The notes under the pieces were generated by a model, which did not search any database, was not told where the DNA came from, and saw only the letters and a program-made list of their open reading frames with translations. From a virus (lineage: Duplodnaviria > Caudoviricetes): DNA of 64,000 nucleotides. This document shows, piece after piece, positions 29,971 through 39,800 of this stretch. Each line of letters begins with the position of its first letter. Positions within the stretch are counted from its first letter, which is position 1. The stretch covers positions 1-64,000 of the IMG/VR virus record IMGVR_UViG_3300029928_000005, one strand, 5' to 3'. The position numbers and the translations under genes are program-made.

Positions 29971-30276
29971 ATGAACAAATTAAATCTTATTTGTAATAAT
30001 CTTTTAGCTAAAGGAGTTCTTGATGCTCAACTTAGTGCATTACTTATTGAGTTTAATAAAGAATATACAACTGCTTTGGCTAATGCTTCTAAAGTTCCTG
30101 CTCTTGAACAACGTATTGAGGAACTTGAAGCTTTGACTATGATTCTTCGTAGAAGTTCCCCTGTAGAGGAACAATCATCTAAACCTACTCAACCTGATAA
30201 AGAAAACAATGACGAACAAGATAAAGCTATTGCTGATAACACCGATAAAGCTACTGCTGGTGAAACTGAAGTATAA
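29971..30276 (+). CDS. Hypothetical protein
   Basis: 101-aa ORF with a short coiled coil and acidic tail. Confidence 0.65.
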   Translation: MNKLNLICNNLLAKGVLDAQLSALLIEFNKEYTTALANASKVPALEQRIEELEALTMILRRSSPVEEQSSKPTQPDKENNDEQDKAIADNTDKATAGETEV

Positions 30277-30296
30277 CTTTTAAATTAGTTTAATTT

Positions 30297-32006
30297 ATGG
30301 ATACTATTAATGGTGTTCAACCAAATGCAGATTGGATGCAGCAATTTGCTAATCCTGATGCTAATGGGAATAATGTAAATTGTTGTTGTAGTGTTCCTGC
30401 TACTCCTGTTTATCCTATTTGTCCTGATGATTCAGAGATGGATAGCGATACAATGAAACAGCAAATGGAATATGCAATTCGAGAACTTGAACGTATTATC
30501 AATGGTCTTGATTTGCCTGCTACAATTAAATATCAAATTCTTCATTTAGCAACTCATAATCTTCGTGTTTGTATGAACTTACTTAAATTGATTCAGAAGA
30601 ATGCTTCTGATATTGCTGTTCTTAATGAACAGATAACAAATGCAAATACTAACATTCAGAAGAATGTTAATGATATTGCAACTTTGTCTGGTCGTATTAG
30701 TGCTAACGAGACTAATATTGCCAATCTTGAGACTAAACATAATAACCAGCAAACTCAAATTAATGAGAATGCTACGGCTATTAATGAACTTCGTGCTCAT
30801 AAAGTTTCTCGTTGTGAGTTTGATAAACTCGGTCATGTTGTTTACAATCATGGTTTGCAGATTAATAATTTGGAGACGCAGGTTGTTAATAATAAGACTG
30901 CTGTAGACCAAACTATTTCTCAGCTGACTGTACGTGTTACTTCTGTTGAAGGAACTACTAACGATGCAATCGCTAAAGTTAATGAACTTATAGCTGTTGT
31001 AACTCCAGCTAAGATTGAAGCTATTGAGAATGGTATTAAGGAAAATGCTGCTTCTATTGAAACTTTGAAGTCTTCTTATGTTGAACTTCGTGAAAAAGTT
31101 GGTAAGATTATTGATAAGGTTCAAGCACATGAAAATAGCATTACTAATGTTAAGTTAGATATTAATACCATTTCTGCTAAGGTAGTTTCTAACGAAGCTG
31201 GTGTTGAAGACAATCGTAAAAAAGTTGCTGCTTTGACTGCTGAAATTGAAACTTTGAAAGTTACGGATAATGTTCATGGTGCTGACATTGCAACTTTGAA
31301 GGTTCGTGCTGATAAGTTGGATGAAGCTGTTGTTGCTGCTGAATCTCATATCAACAAAGTAGATACTGGTTTATCTGCTGAAATTAATTCTATTATGGAT
31401 AAACTTGCAGTAATGGAACCGAAGTTGAATGATGCCGATGCTCAACTCGTAACTTTGACTGAACATGTTGCAGGTCTTGAAGCTAAGATTAATGGTGTTG
31501 AAGGCGATAATGAATCTTTGACTGCTAAAGTTAATGAATTAACTAAGGCTGTTGATGAAAACAAAACTGCTATTAAAACTTTGAACGAAACTTGTGTTAC
31601 TATTAATCAAGATATTGTAAATGGTTTCAACAATATTAATACTAATGTAGCTAACGGTTTCAACACTATCAATGGTGGTATTAACAATGAGATTCGTCCT
31701 GCTATTAATGCTAATACGCAGGCTATTGCTCAGCATACTACTCAGATTGGTGATTTGCAGGCTAAGGATGTTCAATATGGTCAAGAATTGAGTAAGACTA
31801 ATACAACTGTTGCTGGTTATGCTACTCGTATTTCTTCTGTAGAACAGACTGCTGCTACTCAGAATGAAACTATTGGTACTATGCAGGAATCTATTAATAC
31901 TATGGATGCTTCTGTTAAACAAGCTCAGTCTGATATTCTTGGACATACGCAGCAAATCAATAGTCTTGATGGTCGCGTAACTGCTCTTGAAACTCCTGGT
32001 GATTAA
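30297..32006 (+). CDS. Long coiled-coil fibre protein
   Basis: Nearly continuous heptads (N...I..L) ending LDGRVTALE; Cys-rich N-terminus (CCC). Confidence 0.75.
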   Translation: MDTINGVQPNADWMQQFANPDANGNNVNCCCSVPATPVYPICPDDSEMDSDTMKQQMEYAIRELERIINGLDLPATIKYQILHLATHNLRVCMNLLKLIQKNASDIAVLNEQITNANTNIQKNVNDIATLSGRISANETNIANLETKHNNQQTQINENATAINELRAHKVSRCEFDKLGHVVYNHGLQINNLETQVVNNKTAVDQTISQLTVRVTSVEGTTNDAIAKVNELIAVVTPAKIEAIENGIKENAASIETLKSSYVELREKVGKIIDKVQAHENSITNVKLDINTISAKVVSNEAGVEDNRKKVAALTAEIETLKVTDNVHGADIATLKVRADKLDEAVVAAESHINKVDTGLSAEINSIMDKLAVMEPKLNDADAQLVTLTEHVAGLEAKINGVEGDNESLTAKVNELTKAVDENKTAIKTLNETCVTINQDIVNGFNNINTNVANGFNTINGGINNEIRPAINANTQAIAQHTTQIGDLQAKDVQYGQELSKTNTTVAGYATRISSVEQTAATQNETIGTMQESINTMDASVKQAQSDILGHTQQINSLDGRVTALETPGD

Positions 32007-32018
32007 AATTGTTCAACT

Positions 32019-33491
32019 ATGGCTCTAACTGTTGCCGATTTAGATAGACTAGCTAAGCAAGTTGCTGATGACAAAGTTAGAGCCGCTAATACTGGTAGTT
32101 CGGATAAATTATCTTATATTCAATATAATGATGATGGAACTCCGAACTACCGTAATACTTTAATAGCGGTTCTAGCTACTACAGCTGCGATTAGTGAATT
32201 AAATAAATGTCGCATTCTTGCTCTTTATGATAATAGTGGCAGTGGTGGAATTGATAATTTGATTCAACAAATTGCTTCTATTAATAATACAATTAATGAT
32301 ATACAAGGTCAGATTAATACATTAGAAACCCAGATAGATAGTGTTGGAGATATAACTAATGAAGTTAATAGTCTTAAAACACAACTATCTGGGCTTCAAA
32401 GTTTATATAATACTCTTAATAATACTGTTACTGAATTAAATAATGAAGTTGCTAATTTAAAAATAACTGTTGAAAGTATTAATCTTGATGATATATCTGA
32501 TAGAGTATCTGCTAATGAACAAAGTATAAAAGATATTAATAATAAAGTTACTGATATTGATAATAGACTTAAACAAGTAGAGACTGGAGGTGATACACCT
32601 TCTACGGGGAGTCTAGAGCAAAGAGTTCAAGACCTTGAAGATTCTATTACAACTATTGATAATAAACTTACTCAATATGATGAAACGATACAACAAGTTA
32701 ATTATAATGTTACACAGGCTATTCAAACAGCCAGCAACACTCAATCTGCTGTTAATAATTTATCTAGTACTGTTAGTAGTCATACTGATGCTATAAGTAC
32801 AATCCAAGCTGATATCCGTGGAATTAATTCTGAGATTGAAAATATTAAATCTCAAATTAGTAGTTTAACTCCAGGTGGTACCGTTGATTTAAGTGATTAT
32901 GTTACTAAGACAGAAATGACTAATCAAGTAACTAGTCTTGTTGCTAGTTTACGAGGTGCTACCATTTATAATGTCCATATTATTGGTTGGCATAATGATG
33001 CTAATAATGAATTTAGTAAAGAAAACTATCCTGATGCTAATAATGAAGTTGAGTATTTTGAACAATATGGTATGATTGCTGCTAAAGAAATTACAAGTAA
33101 GACTCAACTTCTTGGATTAACTGCTGATGCTGCTACAGTTGCTACTTGGATTTCTGATATTATGTATGTTGAAACTATTGAAGAAGTTTGGGAAATGATG
33201 GAAGCTCATAGTACATTATGTTCTCTTGGCTATGCTAAACCCAAAGCTCTTCATTATGGTTTTGATGGTACAACTATTACTATGGATACATATTGGAACT
33301 TTGATAAAGGTTGTATTATTAGATGTAAAATTAGTAATAGTGGTGTTTCTTTTGAAGAACTAATTGATTTTAAATCTGTACTTGATAGACTAACTAGTCT
33401 TGAATCTAAAGTTAGTTCTATGCAATCAAGTATTAGTTCTAATACTAGTCGAATTAGTAGTCTTGAATCTAGAGTTAGTAAATTAGAATAA
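32019..33491 (+). CDS. Coiled-coil fibre protein with inserted globular domain
   Basis: Heptad repeats, VDLSDYVTK motif, C-terminal LESRVSKLE. Confidence 0.7.
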   Translation: MALTVADLDRLAKQVADDKVRAANTGSSDKLSYIQYNDDGTPNYRNTLIAVLATTAAISELNKCRILALYDNSGSGGIDNLIQQIASINNTINDIQGQINTLETQIDSVGDITNEVNSLKTQLSGLQSLYNTLNNTVTELNNEVANLKITVESINLDDISDRVSANEQSIKDINNKVTDIDNRLKQVETGGDTPSTGSLEQRVQDLEDSITTIDNKLTQYDETIQQVNYNVTQAIQTASNTQSAVNNLSSTVSSHTDAISTIQADIRGINSEIENIKSQISSLTPGGTVDLSDYVTKTEMTNQVTSLVASLRGATIYNVHIIGWHNDANNEFSKENYPDANNEVEYFEQYGMIAAKEITSKTQLLGLTADAATVATWISDIMYVETIEEVWEMMEAHSTLCSLGYAKPKALHYGFDGTTITMDTYWNFDKGCIIRCKISNSGVSFEELIDFKSVLDRLTSLESKVSSMQSSISSNTSRISSLESRVSKLE

Positions 33492-33492
33492 T

Positions 33493-34170
33493 ATGAGTAG
33501 TCTTAATCAACTTATTAGTGAACTAGCTCATGCAGTTGGACAAGTAAACAACATACCTCTTCGTAGACATCTTCGTCAAGCAATTATTCATCATCGTAAT
33601 GAACTTGTTCGTCAAAGTTTTAATCGTCATAATTATATTGATAAACAACTTTGGCAAAGATATAAAATTAGTCTTATAGATGTTCCTGAATCTGATGTTG
33701 TTGGTGTTGAATTTGGTAATAAAGTTAAACGAAGTGAGCGAAATATTCTTAAACCTGTACGGTTTACTGATAATCTTCCTCTTAAGTCTGTGCGTACTCT
33801 TGGAAGTAGACCGATTGAAATTGCCCATGTTAAACAAGCTGGTGGACAATTTTATAAGAGTCTGCCTGGCATGTGTGCTATGCCTGTGTATGACCTTATT
33901 AATTATTATCTGTATATCAATTATACAAATTCTCGTACTGATTTAGCACAAATTAATCAAGTTGTTATTGAAGCTCCATTTGAATATCCTCATCTAGTTC
34001 CTGAAGAAACTACTGAAGGTCAAATTGAAGTTCCTGTTGATGATAATGACGAGTTCTTATTGCCAGAGGATATGATTCCACAATTAAAAGAACTTGTTCT
34101 TAAACGTGGTATTATTAATATTCCTCATGAAACAAATGAAAGTCCAAAAGATAATATTGTTAATGGTTAA
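33493..34170 (+). CDS. Tail ring protein
   Basis: I...R.ELVRQ N-terminus and FEYP...DDEF.LPEDMI..LKELV C-terminus like crAss ring proteins; synteny. Confidence 0.6.
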   Translation: MSSLNQLISELAHAVGQVNNIPLRRHLRQAIIHHRNELVRQSFNRHNYIDKQLWQRYKISLIDVPESDVVGVEFGNKVKRSERNILKPVRFTDNLPLKSVRTLGSRPIEIAHVKQAGGQFYKSLPGMCAMPVYDLINYYLYINYTNSRTDLAQINQVVIEAPFEYPHLVPEETTEGQIEVPVDDNDEFLLPEDMIPQLKELVLKRGIINIPHETNESPKDNIVNG

Positions 34171-34182
34171 ACTATAAATACA

Positions 34183-35175
34183 ATGAAAGGTCAAAGTGAA
34201 AAATCTCTTAGAGATTATTATGAAACATATAAAGCCAAAGCATCTGGTGATGTTTTATATTTTGCTAGTAAAGTTCGTACTTATAATATAAAACGTCATA
34301 GTTATAGACAAATTATAAGTGCTAATATTCTTAAGTATAAAGAACTTGGTATTAAACTTGTAGATTATCCTTTTGAATATGGAATGGGTATTTACAAAGA
34401 TGGTAAACTTAATAAAGCTGCTGTTAAACTATTAGACAAAGTTACAACTAACGAAGATAAAAAGCTAGTTAATGATTTAATTCTTTATACTAATATTATT
34501 AAACTTCTCCATGATACTAAGATTCTACTAGAAGAAACTGAAAATCGTGATAAACTTACTTATGATGAATATTCTGATTATGTTCTTAAATATTATGGAG
34601 AAGTTACTAAACAACTTTTTGAAGGTTATGGTTATAATATGAACTATCATATTGGAATGCTTTTCTATGAAAGAGTTGATTTACCTGAAAAAGAACGTAA
34701 AGTTCTAGATTATGCTGCTACTAATAAAGCTAAAGCAAAACTTATTGCTGAAGGTAAAAAACCTTATGAAAAGAAAATGGCTGATTTATATGCTGCTCGT
34801 GGTTTAAGATATGATGGTGTTCCTTATGCTGTTTATAGAACTAAAGATACATTTTGTTATAAATGGCATTTTGTTAATAGTATATTTCTTGATAAACTTG
34901 GAATGGAATTTACTATGAGAAATTATACTCTTCCTGTTCATTATAAAATTGGTGATACAACAATGGAAGGTATTGCTAAATATTATAATAATGATTATAA
35001 TAAAATTGTTTATTCCGCTCTAGGTCTTCAACAAAAAGCTAATATACTTCTTAATATTGATAAAACTAGATATACTAAGTTTATTAGATTTAATAATAGA
35101 GGAATTAATAGAAAAGCTAAAGGTACTTTTATATTTAGAAATTATGATGATTATATTAAGCATCTTGAAGGATAA
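34183..35175 (+). CDS. Conserved crAss-like basic protein (IHF-like gene of the tail block)
   Basis: EGYGYNM..HIGML and DYAATNKAK..L...G..PY motifs; position between ring genes. Confidence 0.55.
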   Translation: MKGQSEKSLRDYYETYKAKASGDVLYFASKVRTYNIKRHSYRQIISANILKYKELGIKLVDYPFEYGMGIYKDGKLNKAAVKLLDKVTTNEDKKLVNDLILYTNIIKLLHDTKILLEETENRDKLTYDEYSDYVLKYYGEVTKQLFEGYGYNMNYHIGMLFYERVDLPEKERKVLDYAATNKAKAKLIAEGKKPYEKKMADLYAARGLRYDGVPYAVYRTKDTFCYKWHFVNSIFLDKLGMEFTMRNYTLPVHYKIGDTTMEGIAKYYNNDYNKIVYSALGLQQKANILLNIDKTRYTKFIRFNNRGINRKAKGTFIFRNYDDYIKHLEG

Positions 35176-35254
35176 GCTCGGCTTCGCCTCGCGACTCCCC
35201 GTAGAGGAAGTGATGTATCCCCAATATATTATTAATTAAAATAATTTTGTTATT

Positions 35255-35878
35255 ATGAATACACTTGATATATTTGAAAAACATAGATATGCTAGAATAG
35301 CATACAATCCGTTATATAAATATAGTGTTAATATAGGTCTTGGTTTTCCAGAAGAATATTATCCTCATAATGAAGAAAGTATTCTTGATGGAACTAATTT
35401 TATTGGTATAAAACAATTAGGTTATTTGAGAGCTTATAGAGATTTTTATATAGATAAAATAATAAATAAAACAACAGATAATGAAACTAAAGAATTTATT
35501 TATAAACTTATTAATGATAATACTGGTATATTAAATTGGACTTATTTAGACGAATCATATTATAAATTTGATATTGATAGAATATTAACTAATCTTTCTA
35601 ATAGACGTATTATTAGAAGAACTAATAAGAAAAATATAATATTGTTAGCTAGTTATTTTTCTAATGATAATTATTATATTGAAAATGCTGCTGAATTTAG
35701 AAGATTATATGATTATGATTATATATTTAGAAATAATATTACATATAGAGAACGTAATAAATTTAATAAAATGCTTAATTCTTTAAATCATAGTCATATT
35801 ACAGAATTATTTGATGATATAGATTACTATAGTTATTATAAAAGACATAATTTTATTTATAAAGATTATGGCAAATAA
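35255..35878 (+). CDS. Hypothetical accessory protein
   Basis: Very AT-rich, N/Y/I-rich 207-aa ORF inserted in the tail block. Confidence 0.55.
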   Translation: MNTLDIFEKHRYARIAYNPLYKYSVNIGLGFPEEYYPHNEESILDGTNFIGIKQLGYLRAYRDFYIDKIINKTTDNETKEFIYKLINDNTGILNWTYLDESYYKFDIDRILTNLSNRRIIRRTNKKNIILLASYFSNDNYYIENAAEFRRLYDYDYIFRNNITYRERNKFNKMLNSLNHSHITELFDDIDYYSYYKRHNFIYKDYGK

Positions 35879-36830
35879 TAAAACTACAACAATAGAACGT
35901 ATCATTGCTAAAGTAGATAATGATTTCAATCCTGATAATAGTGATTGGATTCCTAGAGTATCTGCTTGGGTTTATGATGCTTTGAACCAACTTAAATGTC
36001 TTCGTAAACAATATAAATGTAGAAGACTAGAGGTTCATAATCGAATTGCTATTAGTCCTTGTTGTCCTGACGATAGTGTTCGAGTATTTGATAAATATGG
36101 TTGTGAGATTAAAATGATGAATGATGCTAGATGTGGTGCTAATTGTGATGAAGGTAGGTGTGGCTCCAATACTTCTCCTATGGGGGGTCTGAATGTTGGT
36201 TATGGTTGCTATGACCATCATCATGGATGCGACCCTTGTGAACCTCATCCTCATCCACATTTTGATGATTGTGGTTTTGAAATTGATATACATAATCATC
36301 ACGACCATTGTCATGTTGCTGAATCTCATACAAGAGAAGTTGTTAATACTCATTTATTTCCTGATAAAGTACTTAATTGGACTGAACATACTGGTAGTTA
36401 TGATTATAGGTGTATGCATAAAATGCACGAAGTTCATTTAAGAGATTTACAAAGTTATGGACGTAATAGAAATTTTGTAGTTAGTGGAAATAATATTGAA
36501 CTTAATTTTGATACAGATTATATAGTTGTTGCAATACTACAAGTTGAAACTGAATTTAGTGAATACTTTGGAAGTGAAGTTCCAAAAATTCCTGATAATG
36601 GTTTACTTATAGAAGCTATTACTGATTATGTAATGTATAGAATGCTAACTCGTGGTTATAAACATCCTGTTATGAGTTTAACTGCTGCAAGTGAAGCTCT
36701 TAATCCTTATGTAAGATGGAAAGTTAATCTTGAAAAAGTTAAACGTAGTGTTACACTTGATGCACAACTTCCAACTGATGATGATTTAATGCGTAGTGCT
36801 TTTTATCTATTTACATTTAATCCAAAATAA
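35868..36830 (+). CDS. Tail tubular / ring 1 protein with His/Cys-rich insertion
   Basis: WVYDAL..L, L.VHN....PC and PKIPDN...IEAI..Y motifs; directly before the muzzle gene. Confidence 0.75.
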   Translation: MANNKTTTIERIIAKVDNDFNPDNSDWIPRVSAWVYDALNQLKCLRKQYKCRRLEVHNRIAISPCCPDDSVRVFDKYGCEIKMMNDARCGANCDEGRCGSNTSPMGGLNVGYGCYDHHHGCDPCEPHPHPHFDDCGFEIDIHNHHDHCHVAESHTREVVNTHLFPDKVLNWTEHTGSYDYRCMHKMHEVHLRDLQSYGRNRNFVVSGNNIELNFDTDYIVVAILQVETEFSEYFGSEVPKIPDNGLLIEAITDYVMYRMLTRGYKHPVMSLTAASEALNPYVRWKVNLEKVKRSVTLDAQLPTDDDLMRSAFYLFTFNPK

Positions 36831-36833
36831 GAT

Positions 36834-39800
36834 ATGAGTGAAGTTCCTAAAACTCTAAATCTTAATAAACATCCTGCTTTAGTTCCTAATTATAGTCTTA
36901 TTCAAGCTAAGAATATAAAACTTAGTAATGATTTGACTAGATTAACAAATGAAGAAGGAATTAGACAAAATGAACATATTAAAGAAGCTATAACTAATGT
37001 TTATGGTGGAACAGGATGGTATATTGTTGGAGTTATTCCAACTTCTACTGAATTAGTAATATTTACTGTTAGTCCTAATCCAGTTAATAATCAATTTGAT
37101 GGTAAAATATTCAGATATAACGAAGATGTTGAATATGGTACTAGTACATTAAATGATAGTAAAGTAAATAATTGTATTCTTGTTTCTGACCAATGGAAAT
37201 GGCATGGCGGTAAACTTAAAGGTGATTATACTTATAATATTAATCAACATCTTATTGTACAATTAGCTGAAGACCCTTATGATAAAGAAGAATTAAATTT
37301 TGTAGCTACTTATGAAAGTAATAAACAAGATATTAAAGTTCCTCTTAAAACATTTGATTTTGATGATTGGGATATTATATGTAATAAGCCTTTAGGAAAA
37401 TGTATTGATAATCCAACTTTTACTGTTCAAGATTTTGTTGATGAACGTAAAGTTAATAATAGAAAATTAGAAAATGAAGATGATGGTACTGACATTAGTA
37501 CTAGATTTGGTAATAGAGCTGATTGGGTTAATGCTGTTGTTCCACAAGTTCCTGTTTGTAATGTAACTTGGGGAGGACTTATTAATGGTAATGCTTTTAA
37601 AGGTATTTATACTTTCTTTATTAGATATAAGATTGATTGTTGGGGTAATTATACTCAATGGTATAGTATTGGTTTTCCTATTATATGTGATGATATAGAA
37701 CGTAATGCTGTTAGTCGTTATAATTGGTATTATGATTATGGAGACCAAGATGATGAATCAGGACATGGTTATGGCTGTATAGATTTTTATAGTAGTAATA
37801 GAGAATTTTGTACTTATCTTCCTAAAATTAGATTTAAGTTTCAAGCTACTTGGGAAGTTCTTAATTTTCAAAAATATCAAATTGGTATTGTTATTAAACG
37901 AAACGATACTACTAAATGTTTTCGTAGTGATGATTTTGATAGATATCCTGAAACTAATGGTAATAACAAACTTGAAGAATATGAATATATTTTTAATAGA
38001 GAAAAACTAGTTGAAACTAGTCTTGAAGAATTAACTCTTGATAAATATAATTATTATAATGTTCGTAATACGATTAATTATCAAAATCGTAATTATATAA
38101 GTAATTATACTGAAACTAATTATAATATTAGTGAAAAAGAAATTGGTCTATTTGATGAAGGTTATAAGATTAATAAAATATTCAAACTTAAACTTTTTGC
38201 TTATGCTCCATATAGAAGACAAAATCCAAAAGAAAATGCTATAGACCTTAATAGTATTACTTATTTTCAAGATTATTGTATGGATGAGTTTTGTTATGAT
38301 ACTAATCTTATTCATGCAGCTGATGATGCTAAAGGTAAACGTAAACTTAGTAATGCTAAAAGTTGGGAAAAAGTAAAAGGTTATGATTATGGTACTTGGC
38401 ATCGTATAATGGGTGGTTGGCTTCCTGGTAGTCATTTTGGAGTACCTCTTTATGAAGTTATTGGTACTGATAGAAATAAATTGATTAATGTTCCGGGTTA
38501 TGGTGAAGATTATGCTTGGAAGTTTATTTTATTTCAAAGAGGAGGTCGTGATTCTTTTGCTTGGTGGAATAAAGATGATAGTAGATGTAGTATAGGTCAT
38601 GTTAATGCTGATGGAAGTTTTCAAGAGTTAGGTACAGACCTTACTATTACATGGGATAATGGTGATAAATCTGTATATCTAGATGGTGGTTATAATTGGA
38701 TGTCTGCTTATAGTCCATATCTTGATTATAAAGAATCATTTGCTAGTAGACTTACTCATAAAACTTTAGTTCCTGGTGAAGTTTATAGTTTTTATATTCA
38801 TTTTGTTGATAAGTTTGGTCAAAGCACTTATGGTTTCCATATACCAAATCTTGATAGTGATTGGAATGGTATAGACCTTAATCAAACTCTTGAAACTTAT
38901 TTTAATGGTAAAACTGAAGCTGGTATAACTGACCAACAACTTAAAGCTATTTATGCTGCTTATCGTAATAATCCTACTAAATGGAAAGATTATAAACTAT
39001 ATCAATTTATTAATAATGGAGGTGAGAATAGTAGTGGTCTTATAGGTTATAATCAAGTTCTTACAGCTGTTGGTAGTACAAATCTTAAATGGGGTTATTA
39101 TGCTAATAATAGTGGACAGACTTTTCATAGAGTACCAATGTATAATATGGTAGCTGATGTTGGTTATGCTAATACACGTTCTCAATTTAGAGTATTTGGA
39201 GCTAATGTAGATGTAGACATGAATAATACTACAACTAGAGATTTTCTTCAAAGACTTAAAGATTTAGGTTATATTGGTTGGTATCTTAGTTATGAAAAAG
39301 CTGAACCTATGAGTCGTGTTGTAGGTTTTGCTAGTGAAACTGATGCTAGTGAAGATATTGATGACCATCCGACTAATCATGATTTGGATAATCTAGAAGA
39401 TAAATTTAAAGGTGATTATGATGGACGTTGGACTTATTATCGAGGAAATAATAATATAGCTACCGGTGGTATATCTGATGAAAAAGATGTTCATAAAAAT
39501 GTATTTGTATATAGTGAAGATTTAAATACAACATCTAGACTTAAAGTAGATTTTAATGCTATTAGTTTTAGATGGTCTATGTTTGATTATAGAGGTTTTT
39601 GGCAAGACCAAGGAACTAATAAAGTAGCTGAAGATAGAGCTAGTCTTAATCTTCCTGAAGTTATGTCTACAAAGAGATTTAAAGATGTAGACAAAATTAT
39701 TTATCCTATTGAAGATTATGAAATATTAGTTGCTGATGCTCCAAATAATTTTAATAAAGGAACTAGACTTCGTGTTCGTAATCCGGGTGTATTTAATAAA

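Noticed and set aside
16775-33491. Diversity-generating retroelement or invertible fibre cassette
   Set aside because: No reverse transcriptase, recombinase or adenine-variant template/variable repeat pair was visible. The shared fibre modules are diverged paralogy.
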